Source: Amphiscolops sp. MND2022 (lineage: Eukaryota). Taken from it: a DNA stretch of 64,000 nucleotides. Position 1 is the first letter of the stretch. The number at the start of each line of letters is the position of its first letter. The position numbers were made by a program, and so were the translations under genes. Positions 23,520-35,513 of the stretch are shown piece by piece. The notes beneath the pieces were generated by a model. The model was not told the DNA's origin. It did not search any database and worked only from the letters and a program-made list of their open reading frames with translations. The DNA lies in the NCBI GenBank assembly GCA_964187785.1, contig OZ076409.1:99016001-99080000 (forward strand), read 5' to 3'.

Positions 23520-24776
23520 ATGGCTGCCATACAACCTTTTGTAAATCTTCAACCCTTCAAGGGTACCGAAAAAGAAAATTTTGACGAATTTCTCCGCCAA
23601 CTTGAGAGCTGCACTCAAGTTGCAGGCATTCCCAATGACCAACGTCATCGGTACCTACACCTTCATCTTAAAGGAGGTGCCCTAACCTTCTTTGACCAAC
23701 AAGAAGCTGCTGTACGAGATGACTACGATGCTGCAGTAGCTGCCCTACGAAATCGTTACCAAAACGATCAAAGAATACAACTACAAAAAATCCTCTTCAA
23801 CTCGCGTAAAATGAAAGTCTCTGACGAAAGTCCGCAAGACTTTCTCACTGAGCTGCAAAGACTGGCACTCGAAGCGTACCCGGACATTCAAGCCCGAGCT
23901 GCAGCAGGAGGAAGACCTTCAGTAAATGCTGAAAATCGTGCTCAAGAGCGAACTCGCAGAGTTCGTGAAGCATTCATCTACGGAATGCCCATCAAGATGA
24001 AGCGTTTCCTAATGACTCAACCCGAAGATATGGCAATAGATGAACTTTGCACCAAGGTTTCCAGCCGTCTTATCGTTGACCGCCTCTACCCTGAGGACGA
24101 CGATACAGCATTCAACGAGGTCAGTAACTTTTCAACAAAACAACTACTGACTGGCATACACGAGTTGTCCAAAGCCCAGGACACACTGAAAGAAGAAACT
24201 GGAAAACTTTCAACAGAACTTCAAGAGTTAAACAAAACTCTTCAACCTACAATCAATCAACTTGTAGCTACCCAAAACAATACCCAAAACAACAACAATA
24301 ATAACAGGAACAACAATAACAACAACAAAAATCGTCAGAACTGGAACAAAAACTTTGGTCCTCGAGGAAACAATCAGCAACAATGGCGTAACAGTAACAA
24401 TAATCAGCAGAATTGGAAAAATAACCAACAAAATTGGAAAAACAATAACAACCAGAACTTTCGACCTCGAAACCCAAATTGGCAACCACGTGGACAAAAT
24501 TGGCAAAACCACAACAACAACCCATACTTCGCCCAATCTGGACAAAAGTACTGCAACTACTGCAACAAATTTGGCCATCTGATCTCACAAAGTTGGTTCC
24601 GACCACAACCAACCTACCCACCAGTCTTGCCATACAATCAATTCTCCAATGCCCAGTTTGTGCCCACACAGCAGTTCCAGCAACCACAAACCCAGATGAC
24701 ATCCATGAACCAAATGCCACAATCATGGACACCCCAATATGATGCCAACCAGCCTAACATCTACCAAAAAAACTAG
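23520..24776 (+). CDS. gag: Gag with N/Q-rich region and degenerate zinc knuckle
   Basis: Retrotransposon capsid-like N-terminus (PFKG..ENFDEFL, LKGGAL, ESPQDF); CNYCNKFGHLISQS knuckle with the last Cys lost. Confidence 0.9.
   Translation: MAAIQPFVNLQPFKGTEKENFDEFLRQLESCTQVAGIPNDQRHRYLHLHLKGGALTFFDQQEAAVRDDYDAAVAALRNRYQNDQRIQLQKILFNSRKMKVSDESPQDFLTELQRLALEAYPDIQARAAAGGRPSVNAENRAQERTRRVREAFIYGMPIKMKRFLMTQPEDMAIDELCTKVSSRLIVDRLYPEDDDTAFNEVSNFSTKQLLTGIHELSKAQDTLKEETGKLSTELQELNKTLQPTINQLVATQNNTQNNNNNNRNNNNNNKNRQNWNKNFGPRGNNQQQWRNSNNNQQNWKNNQQNWKNNNNQNFRPRNPNWQPRGQNWQNHNNNPYFAQSGQKYCNYCNKFGHLISQSWFRPQPTYPPVLPYNQFSNAQFVPTQQFQQPQTQMTSMNQMPQSWTPQYDANQPNIYQKN
24767..24773 (+). promoter_or_regulatory. 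Probable -1 ribosomal frameshift heptamer A AAA AAC
   Basis: Directly before the gag TAG; the -1 frame is open through to the protease ALIDTGA motif. Confidence 0.75.
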
Positions 24777-27700
24777 GTAAGCCACACAATGCCCATACTT
24801 CTAATATATCTAATATTCCTAACTGTACTCTTATCTTCATTAACGTTTTATCTTCAAAGCCTCGCACTTCTTTGTTTTCTGTACCACTTCACTTTTCTTT
24901 TCCTGTTAAAGCCCTTATAGACACTGGTGCTTTCTCAAGCGCCATGCCTCTTTCCATTTTTAATAAACTTCAACGCTTATGTCCAAAAAGTATAACCAAC
25001 TATATACCCTCAACCTTCAACAGTAAAAGTTGCCACTGGCGCATCTATAACCACACATGGCACTTTTCAAGCCTCTTTCAAAATAGCGAATGAGACTTTT
25101 ACCGAAACTTTCATTCTTATGGAAACGATGAATCAGACCATTTTAGGTCTTCCGTTTTTTGAAAAACACGATATTTTGATTCATCCGAAAACCCGAACAC
25201 TAAAATTGCCGAACATGACCATACAATTAACTGAAAGAGTCCATCACGATGGCAAAATCAGTTCACTGACCACTAAGAAAAATCTTTTCTTACATGCTGC
25301 CCAAACTCTTTCGATCAAACCGAACACGTCCGAAATATTCCAATGTACGCTATCTACGGAATCCTTCCCTGAAGGAACAGTAGCCATCGTGGAACCAAAC
25401 CCACGATTTGAAAAACAGACTGGTCTTTGTGTAACCAGTGCCATTGTAAAATTTGACTCGAAGAAACAAGTTTCCTTAGGGATACTAAATCTTTTGCCTC
25501 ATCAAGTAACCGTACAGAAAAATGCTCAAGTGGCTAAAGTAACAATTTTAACTGCCTCTCAGGCGCAATATTTACAACCTGTAAATCCTGAACTTTTGAC
25601 TGACCATCTCAACAAGAGTATAAATGGTCTCATTGCCGATTCGGAACACAAAGTTTATCCGTCATACGATGAATTTTGGTTTCCCACACCTGAGAACTGC
25701 CATAATCCAGAAACATTAACGGGAATACAAAAACGTATTTACGATGAAATTGTTGCACTGAAAAAACGGAAAAAAATTAAACCCTGACAACAATCTTGCT
25801 GATAGAGAAACATTTCTTGCTCAGTTTCCATTGGAATACTCTGTTTTCAATCAAGAACAAAAACAAAAAATCGAAGCTCTACTGTTAAAATATCATATTT
25901 TTGCACGACACCGCCTTGATATTGGCGCAAACGAAGCGTTTAAAGTCAAGCTGACCCCTGAAAATGACAAGCCTATGTATACACAGGGTCCGCCAACCCT
26001 ATCCACTACCGAGACGAAGTTTTAGTGGAATTGGCTTTGTTACAATATTGGGGAGTAATAACAACTTTGACTCACTCGAAATATTCCAGCCCAATTTTTG
26101 CCGTCCGTAAACCATCTGGAAAACTTCGAATATTAGTAGATCTGCGACGAATAAACCATCTGATAAGGCATGATTATGATAATCACAATTTCCCGATAGC
26201 TACTTTGGCCGATGTGAATTCACATCTTGCAGGAAAGAAATATTTTGCCAAACTAGACTGTAGCCAAGCATATCATGTCTTACAAATGGCAGATCCTTTG
26301 TCTGTGCAACTGCTTGCATTCAATTTTCTCTCAAGGACTTTTGCTTATTTACGCTTAGCACAAGGACTGGGTCGCTCAGTTAGCGCTTTTAGTTCTTTTA
26401 TGCGCAAATACCTCTACCCTTGTATTGTTGCCGACCAGTGCTTTCAGTATGTAGATGATCTAGGCACTGCTGCCGCTACGTTTGAAGAGTTTGCAACCAA
26501 TTTAGAAGCAATTTTCAAGTGTGTAGAGAAGACAGGTCTTAAATTCACACCTGGCAAATGTGAATTTGGCTTGAGAGAAATGACTTTTTTGGGAAATACT
26601 ATAACAAGTGAAGGAGTGCTACCGAATAAAACCGAAGTCACTGAAATTTTGTCAACACTGAAAATACCGAAAACTGTCAAACAAATAAGACGATTTATTG
26701 GATTCTTCCAATATTTCCGTTCTTTTATACCGAAACTTGGAGAAAAATTGCTACCCTTTTATCAACTCTTACGAAAAGAAAATGATATAGTACTCACTGG
26801 AGAACATCACAAATGCATAGCTACTTTGCGAAAAGATTTGGAACAGGCATGCCAAATGGCCCTGAAATTGCCTAAAGCAGACGCACAATATCTGATTTTG
26901 ACCGACGCTAGCTTCTACGCTGCCGGTTATGTACTACTCATTGAGGACTACGCTACGGATCAATCGGGAAAACAGTACAAAACGTACGTCTCTGTTTCTT
27001 TTGGTTCTAAAAGTTTCACGCCCACTTACTTGAAGCTTTCCATTTATGCAAAAGAGTTTTTAGCCGTTCATTTTGCCTTTGACACTTTTGGCCACATACT
27101 TTGGGGCACCACTAAACCAGTTTTGGTCCTTACTGACAATAAAAGCCTCACTAGGTTTTTCCAAGCCAAAACGATTCCATCGAGTCTCTGGACTTGCGTA
27201 GACCATGTACTCAATTTCAATTTTTTACTAGGTCACATTCCTGGTAAAGCGAATCCGGCAGCTGATTACCTGTCCCGCATTCATATCCAGCCGCACACGA
27301 AACTTGAGTTGAAATTTAGTTCTAAAATTCCTGTGGCTGATGTCCATTTGAACATGGGAATGCAAGTCCCTGATAACTCGGTAAATTTGCTAAAAGCTGA
27401 CTGCGAAATTTTCATGTCCTCAGAGGACCTTAAAACCTCTCTTCCGTCACTAAACGCATTGCATGCCCCCAACCCCTTAGATCACTTAGACATGTCAGAT
27501 AGACTAACACCTTTAAATTTGCAACTCGAACAACAAAAAGATACGAACATTCAATTAGTTCTTGCCTGGATCGCGAATGGACCACCATCGCCTTCGCCAT
27601 ACATGAATACTGAACTTCGCAAGTACCTAAAGCATTTTGCTCGCTTAGAAAACCATAACGGTGTACTCTATCGTAAGTTTTTCAGCGACAATGGTCGTGA

Positions 27701-30036
27701 CTTCATACGTCAGTATGTTGTCCCCACTCACTTACGTGAGGAATTACTTTATCGAGTACACAATAGCAAATATGCAGGTCATCCAGGAATTGCGAAAACG
27801 GCAGAACATTTCAGAAAACATTTCTACTTTCCGAACTTTGTAGAATTTTTAACCAATTATGTAAAAAATTGCTCTTCTTGCCTTCAAACCAAACCTGTCA
27901 AACATGCTACCCTAAAACCACCACTGTTATCCCTGGCAACAGACAAGTATTTCCCTGGTGAAATGCTTCAAATTGATTTAGTTGGAAAAATGCCTGATTC
28001 AGGAGGTTTTACCCACATTCTAACTGCGAAAGATACTTTTAGCAAATATCTCTTTGCAACTCCGTTGCTCAATGCAAGTGCTCCGAATGTTGCAAAGCAG
28101 TTATTTCACATGTTTATGCGTTCGTCGTATTTGCCGAAAATTGTTCTTTCAGACATGGGCACTGCCTTTACAGCCCGTGTTATGACAGAACTATCACGCC
28201 TTTTGGAAATCCAACTCGAGTATGCTACTGTTAAGCACCCTCAAACCATGGGTTCGATTGAGCGCTGTCATGCGTCTCTTAAACAGTATTTGGGAATTTA
28301 CGAAAACCGTGCCAAGCGTGATTGGCATTTGTACGTTGATTTAGCGGTTTTTGTACATAATACCACCTATCACACCTCAATCGGATGTACTCCTACTTTT
28401 CTTTTTCACGGACGCCAACCGACATCTCAACTTGATCTACGGTTTAATAATAAAATGATCCAAACGTTAGAGACTAAAAACGACTTTACGAGTACCCTAC
28501 AGGACAAGATGAATGAAGTTTTTTCACACGCACGTGATGCTACTATCACGGCATATAACAAGTACCGTCATTTCTATGATCGTAAAGCCTCCGCTTTACC
28601 TCTGAAAAAACACGACTTTTGCTTACTTCTGAATCCAAAATTGTCTAACGTCAATGACCATATGGGGAAATCTTTAACCAAATGGCTGCCCTTGTACCGT
28701 GTAGAAACGGTTCTTACTCATTCAAACTACATCATTCGTAAGGTAGGAACAAATTACACACAATGTGTACATAGAATCCGCCTGCGACCAATTCAGCCTC
28801 AATACAATGTGGAAGACCTTTCTACCATTAACCCCTCTAACTTTCAACCTGATCCTTCCACACGCCACGTATCTGAACCTTCACTTTTTGATGACGCGCT
28901 ACCAAACCTACTACGGGATAAAAAATCACTCTGGAGGATGAAATTGCAGACACCCCGGCAGTAGTTTTTTGTTATCAACCCCGCCGATTACCACCGGTTG
29001 CACCTGCTCCACCGGCTCCTCCCCCACCTCCAGTAGTTCCGCAGGCTCTTCCAGTGGCACAGCCACCGCCGCTTCACACTTTACCCCCACCTCAGAATTT
29101 TGATTTTCCACGACTGGTGACTAATCGCCATAAAGCCCCGTCGCCGCGTCAGGTTTCTCTCACACAGGATGTTCGTAACATCCCAGTGAGCGATCAACGT
29201 CACGACTCCTTTATACTCTCTTCTCGTGACTCCACCCTCCCTAGGGAACACTTTTCGGAACCTCATCCTTCCTTTTTCCCTAGCCCAGATACGACATTTG
29301 ATTCTTTTGATGTTTTACAGTAGCTGAGCCTACTTTGCCTTTTGCTCATACAACCTCTATTTTCACACAAAGCACACCTGTAATGCATTCAACCCCTTAT
29401 AAAGCCACCGTTCAGGCTCCACCACAGGGAGTAGATACTCCTATCCCTCCTACCCCCATTTTCCCTCCATCTTTGGACGTCACTCCTGTTACGACGACTG
29501 CTACGCGATCTAAGATATATGATCATTCGGATCTTAGCTCATCTTCTTCATTTTCTGGTTTCTCTGAAAGTCTTATCAATCGTGCACGTCCGATATTATC
29601 CTCGCCTTATTCTCCACAAATTGCGTCGCCATACTCTGGTATGCCTGGCGTTATTACCAATGAAGAACTTGCTAACTTACCTCGCTATCATTGTTCTTCG
29701 GGCGCACCCACCTTTCACTCTTCATCTTCGCTGTCTCGTATACCGCGCCCCACTACCCCTACTAAGTATAAGCCTTCCTTAGTTTCTCGAGTGCTCCCTC
29801 AAAAGACGTTCCACCGACGTACACCCTCAAAACCTCTAACCCCGATACCCGTCATTGACAACTACCATGAATATCTTCGTAGCCTACCTCCATCGCAACA
29901 TGTTTTTGCAAGTGCTACCCCCGCAAAGGCTACGACTGCGACTGTTACTACAGTCACTATATCGGGCACGCGTGAACAACGTTCACGTCCTAAACCTGGT
30001 CGTACTTCATTTTTTCAGTCTAAACCCTGGAAATAA
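24770..30036 (+). pseudogene. pol: Pol: protease, dUTPase-like spacer, RT, RNase H, integrase and Pro/Ser/Thr-rich tail; several frameshifts
   Basis: LIDTGA; YVDD; TDAS..GYVL, KEFLA, TDNK; HNS..GHPG..CSSC; IDL, SDMG, IER. Broken into ORFs starting at 24872, 25119, 25831, 26025, 29054 and 29335. Confidence 0.92.
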
Positions 30037-30818
30037 CCATTTTTCATCTTTTCCCTTTAGCGTTTTTTCAGAATTTCGCCCTTTAAGTCTATTTTTTGCA
30101 TATTTTTCTTTTAATCGCCTACTGTTTTGGTCTTTTTCTCTATGGGAGGACCTTTCTATCCGCTTATTTAGCCCTTTTGGCCCGTTTAGGGTCCAGAGAA
30201 ATTGCTTTTCCTCACCATTTTTCTCATTTCTCCTATCCATTGATTTCCATTTTCACCCTATTTTGAGCAAAAATTGATTTTTTTGCTTTCTGAGCACTTT
30301 TTGCTCCTGGAACTTGCACTGCCGATTCCCCTCGTTATCCTGGTTCATATTCCGAGCCACCCGACCCTACTCTTCCTACTATTTATGGGACCTTTTCTTT
30401 GCAAAATTACCACTTTTTCTGTATACTACCTATATAGACCCAAAAACCTATCAAAAATTTCGAATTTTTGGAATTTTGCCCTGAAACTAGTGGTGACCGA
30501 CATTTTTTTGCCCAAACTTTGGATTAAGCCCAAAAAATCCGGAAAAAATTGAAAAAAATAAAAAAATATTTTTTTCTGGGCACTTTTCGACCATATTATG
30601 GAAATATCGATTTTTTCGAAAATTTTTCTATTTTTTGCTCTCCTAGGTCTCTGGAATGGCTCCTAAACCCCCCTAGAGGCTTCTCACGGATCCTAGCTGT
30701 CCGTGCCATACCTTTTTTTCCATAGTTTTCGACTGTTTTCTTACTTTACAACCTCTTTTTCGTATGTATTTTTACGATTTTTTGGATTTTTTTCCACAAA
30801 GATGCTCTTTACTTACAT

Positions 30819-32273
30819 TTAACTGCTTGAAGCGCTCGTCCCGCATGCTCCCATAGCTTCCTCCTCTTCCCACGGTTCTCTGGCAGGGCTCCGCACCCTC
30901 ACAGGTGTCTTCAACCTATTATAAAGTTAATTTTTTGCCCAATTTTTCTAGAAACAGCAATAATCTCTCGGATTCTCTATGTAAATTTTCATGTTTACTC
31001 ACTCTGGCTCAGGAAAATGGGGCAACGGCTCGCAGTGGAAGCGGGTCCGGAACCGTTCGCCGCCCTGGATGGCGTGGCACAGAAAGCTAGCCCCTGTACC
31101 GGAACTCTTCGGTCCGTATTTGTACCGGATCCACCCGCCCAAGTTCCAATATTGCCAGTATACTTGCAGGTCCGTTTGTAACACCCATGCTGTTGCTAGA
31201 ATCTAAAATCATGAATGAATACTCACCACCCTTACAACGTTTGGCTCCTTCTAGCGCCCATATTCAGGTACTTACGGCCGCCTCAGTGATGCTCGCCGTC
31301 ACTTTCGCACACTCTTGAGCCATAAAGTCGTTGGGTGCCATGCCAAGGGTTTCTCTGCAGAAATCCTTGAACTCCACCGTCTGCATCACCTTCGTTGCAG
31401 CCACGCGTAGAGCCTTGCACTTACGACTTGCCGTCGCATTCTTTCGATCTATGTAAAATATTCATTTTTTCGATTATCATTTATCTTTTTTTCACTTTTC
31501 TCATTTCACCTATTCTCATTTCTCTAACCAGATTTTCTTCCACAGAGCAAATAATACACGCTCGAGAAGAACATTCTCCTCCGACCTCCGCAAGGAGCCC
31601 CAAAGGTTCTTTGCGTCCTGGTTCTTCGAGAATGACAGGCACTTCTCCACTTCGTGAAGATGATAGAGGTTCCCATACACAGGTATAATCGAACTGACTA
31701 CAGAGTTCGATCCGCCGCTCCAACGAAACACTCAAATACCTCTGTACTTTCCTCCCTTCTTCACTCGCGAAGTAACATTCCTGACAATTCCTGAGAAACC
31801 TAATAACCACATACATTATTCCCTATTTCATTCTCTTTTTTTTAAAAAAAAATTTCTTTGTTCAGATAAGATAGGCTTTTCTCATCGAATAAATGCACTT
31901 ACTCTTCCGCAACTGCTTTCAGTCCTCCCATACCAATAGGAAATGCCCACCCAGCATTTGACAGTGCCTCCACATGTAGCTGCAGGCCTCGATAATGCTT
32001 CTTCCCAATACCGCTCTCTCCTTCTTTATAGTTCTTGATGTGGATTTTATAGAGTAAATTATCCACTTGCTCCGGTGTTGGAATTGGCAAGAAGTCATTC
32101 CTCCGCCCTCGGTAATATAGCACGCCTCTCTCGAACTTCAAGTTTCTGCAGTTCTTTTTGAAAGCCTCACGCTTATCTCTGGAATCGAGCACTGTTTCAT
32201 CTAAAGCGCCTTCAGTCAGATATCTCGTGATGGCTTCTCTCAAAAATCGCTCCATGGTACTCTGAAATATCAT
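30819..32273 (-). CDS. Five-exon antisense gene inside the Gypsy element: Ginger/GIN-like YPYY plus H2C2 zinc-binding module fused to an OTU-like cysteine protease (~370 aa; one 1-nt frameshift at ~31571)
   Basis: Exons 32273-31903, 31799-31529, 31448-31276, 31202-31003, 30915-30819; GT-AG introns of 103, 80, 73 and 87 bp with matching phases. Splicing assembles IH..H..EEFLRNCQEC and GGEC(FF)SSVYYLLCG..LR..ITEAAILATAWVLQTDLQVY..W..FHCEP. Confidence 0.75.
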
Positions 32274-32736
32274 AACATTCTTTGAATTATATGCATTTCG
32301 TTCAATTTACACCACGTTAGAACATATTGTTCTCTCTACTACCCGTCAGACTCCTCTTCACTCAACATTCGACTCAAATTATGGAAAAAGACTTTTCAAC
32401 GCACAACTTTTTTTTCTTTCTCTTTCACTCTGTCTGCTTTTTTTCCTTTTTTTAGTTGACTTACCAGCCAACGTTTCTTTTTTCTTTTTTTTTGGTTTTT
32501 CCTGTTTTTTTCCTAGCACCAGACGACTAAAGTACACAGTTACTGTATTCAAATTTACAAATTTTTTGGATTTTTTTTTCTGTAGTTTTAGTTTGTAGGA
32601 CTGATCGACTGTTGATATTCTATATGCATCAACACCAAAATACTGCACGACCGTCCCTGAATAGCACGACACTAGCTACGTTTTTTTTCTTTTCACTTCT
32701 CCAGTGCGTTGTTTTTTTCTCTTCCTTTTTCCTTTT

Positions 32737-33222
32737 AGACAGTAGTCTCTAGATATGTCCTCTTTACAGTTTTTGTTTCTTTTGCAATTTTCCTTTTTCT
32801 TTCTTCTTTTTCCTTTTTTGCTTTCAACAAGGCCCTTCTTCCCACAACACCAAAATGATGACGATAATAATCGTCACCACCACGCCAACCACTATTGACG
32901 CTGCTTGACTCTCGGTGTGGCCTGTCTCTGTCGCGGGAGTCATGTCACATTCGGGATGGACGTCCCGTGTGAAAGAGAGGAGCCGGCCCCCTCTTTGTAC
33001 ATAGGTGCCCTCCTTGCAGCACCACAACACAAACTCTTCAAAATTTGCCGATGGGCAATTCATTTTTTGACTCTAAAAGACTCGAATATCATATTAGACT
33101 TGACTCACTTTAGATCCATTGAGACGGTAGTAGATGTTTAGACACTTGATAAATCAATACAATAAAAGAATAAAAGAATGAATAGCAAACTTGCTCGAAA
33201 CAATAACTTCAAATATGTGATC
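32737..33222 (-). pseudogene. Possible antisense small single-pass membrane protein inside the Gypsy element (frameshifted)
   Basis: ORF 32824..33063 ends in SIVVGVVVTIIIVIIL. A shifted frame continues WCCGKKGLVESKKGKKKKEKE. A signal-peptide-like hydrophobic stretch lies upstream. Confidence 0.4.
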
Positions 33223-34653
33223 TACTTGATCCACCTACTCTGTTGTAAATCTCAATAGCAAAATCAGTATCCGGTGTAAATATCAACATTCCACAAGTTC
33301 ACCGCCTACGGCTTAGACCATCACCATTTTTGGATGGATCATTCCTTTCTTGACGTTCTTTGTGATCACACCACTTCTTACAACAAATTCTTTCATATTT
33401 CTTTGCTAGCAACCGTTCAAATTTCAACTCGTGATATTTTCTTTTCGCATTTTTGACATTTTGTTTTTCACTTGCGAACTTTGAGCTCACCTTCTGATCT
33501 TCCTTTGTATAAATCCTTTCAAAAACATCCGATGTTAAATATTTGAATTTCACTCCACAGAGTACAAAACTACCAAAAATTGAGTACTCACAAAGTTACT
33601 GTTTCACAGCCACCATAGCTTGCATACATTCATGCCATTCCTCTCCTGAAAGATAAGGAAAATGAACATACTCATAAAATTACACTCCAACCAACTTTTC
33701 ATGTCCCCGCCGAACACATTCCATGCTTAAGCGATGATGAATCTTTTGTTTGGCGTGATCGGTGCTTTCTAGCTCCGCAACCCGACCCTCCACCGCCCGC
33801 CCTCGTTATGCCGACCGGTATTTTTAAGACCTTTCCTGTAAAGGTCACTCTCCTTCCTTCTTAGGATTAGGAACTTTGTGTGCCTCGTTGCCACGGTACC
33901 TTTTGTATATTGTACCTCTACAGTTCCATAATTGGAAGAATGCGCCACAACTTCCTTGAGTAGCTGGCTGAGTCACAGTCAGTTGCTGCCATCCTTCATA
34001 TGTGTTTTTCTTGAATAATGTTTGTTCCGAGATTGCTGCTGCTGTTTACACGTACATTTTCATATTTAATTTCTCATCATTATCTGGACATCCGTAACAT
34101 ACTTTTCTTTCACCGTATACTTTGGCAAATATATTGTTTCTTGCTCTTCGCCACTTTTTGTGTACTTTGCCCGCACACGTTTCCTCTAGCAAACATAGCA
34201 TTCACTCCTTTATCTGTAATATCAAACAAATAATTTGAGTAGTGCGCGCGTTGACACGTGCCGCTCTTTTGACCGTCCGGTCTAATCGTGTTAACATATT
34301 TGCTCTTTCAACAACACAGTCAATAACCACACGCTTTTATCGCCTGGCTTTTGTTTGAGTCAATAAGCCACATTTTCTGATTCATTGGCCTTCTCTTGTA
34401 TCTGGCCCCTCTTTTTTCGCCTTTTCATGCATCGCACTTTATGTTATCATGCAGGACCTTTGTCTTGCTCTTTTCCTTTTGCGGCTTCTTTCAACTTTAC
34501 TCCTCTATGTCATATGTAACTTTTCTTTTTTTTAGGCATCTGTGTAGGCTTTGCTTGGTTAACTTCGGTAGATTCATCGTTCTTCTGTTTTATGTTGCCG
34601 CCTCGTCATCACCACCTGAAACACTTCAACTACCCGGGACATTCCCTCTTCTT

Positions 34654-34665
34654 AAAAGCGGGGAG
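34654..34665 (+). promoter_or_regulatory. Polypurine tract AAAAGCGGGGAG
   Basis: Immediately 5' of the 3' LTR. Confidence 0.85.
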
Positions 34666-35041
34666 TGTCATGACACAGTCATGGACAATCGTACATTAAC
34701 AAAATTTCGTTGAAGTGCAGATGATAACCAATCAAAATGCCAGCCAATCACAATTGAACACGCTGGACTAAAGAAGAAGGTGGACGAGCGGATCAGAAGA
34801 ACGGAGAGACCGAGAACTTGTTGTACTAACTAAATTGTACTAAATTAATCTCATCATAATCTAACTTTCTTTATCGCTACAATAAAACAAATCTTTCTAC
34901 CCAAAATTGTATTCTTTCTAAAGTTAGAGAATTGAGCAAAGGAGAAGTTACCCAATTGAGCATTCGAATAAAACAAGTTCTACAAAACTGAAATGTCTCT
35001 AAAACAAAATCAGAATAGCCGCTCGACCACAGTCACTGACA
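34666..35041 (+). repeat. 3' LTR (376 bp)
   Basis: Direct repeat of 22966-23344. Confidence 0.97.
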
Positions 35042-35513
35042 CGGACATAATTCCAAAAAACTGTCTTACACGTTATCTTTAATTTCTTTTGGATGTTCAG
35101 GAACGGCATAAGTCGGCGCCATATCTTAGGCTCAAAAATAGCAAAAGGACTTCAAAGTGTCAAGTATTCTTTTTTACAGTACCCGAAAAACCCAATAGTT
35201 GGACCGAATCGGCGCGCTGAAAGGGGAATTTTTCAACATTTCTGTCGCAAAATATCAACAAAATTGAAGGGACCCTTTGAAGTCATTATTCTCTTCTTTG
35301 AAGTGGCTATTTTCATGCCGATGCCAAACTTACGAAATTTCTAAAAACAGCAAATTGTTCATAGCGATCCTCCCTTTCAAATGTTGACTAAATGGTTTGA
35401 ATAAAAAGACTTCAGGATTTTTTTCGGCACTGAGCATTTTCTTGAAAATTTTCATTTCACAAAAAGGTTTTCGCTTTGCTTTCATGGTTTCTAGTGGTTT
35501 TTTGTTATTCCTT

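Larger units (their letters stand above)
22966..35041 (+). mobile_element. Full-length Ty3/Gypsy LTR retrotransposon (12,076 bp)
   Basis: TG...CA LTRs, perfect 5-bp TSD CGGAC (22961-22965 / 35042-35046), PBS, PPT, gag and PR-RT-RH-IN order. Confidence 0.97.

Noticed and set aside
24228..24742. Hydrophobic or Cys-rich ORFs overlapping gag
   Set aside because: Shadow frames of the AAC-rich gag tract.
29855..30552. env gene after pol
   Set aside because: The Phe/Leu-rich ORFs come from T-rich sequence. There is no long ectodomain, furin site or env organisation on the sense strand.
31516..31731. 71-aa minus-strand ORF as the true frame of antisense exon 2
   Set aside because: Splicing it at the 31528 donor creates an immediate TGA, whereas the other two frames yield the HHCC and OTU-like motifs.
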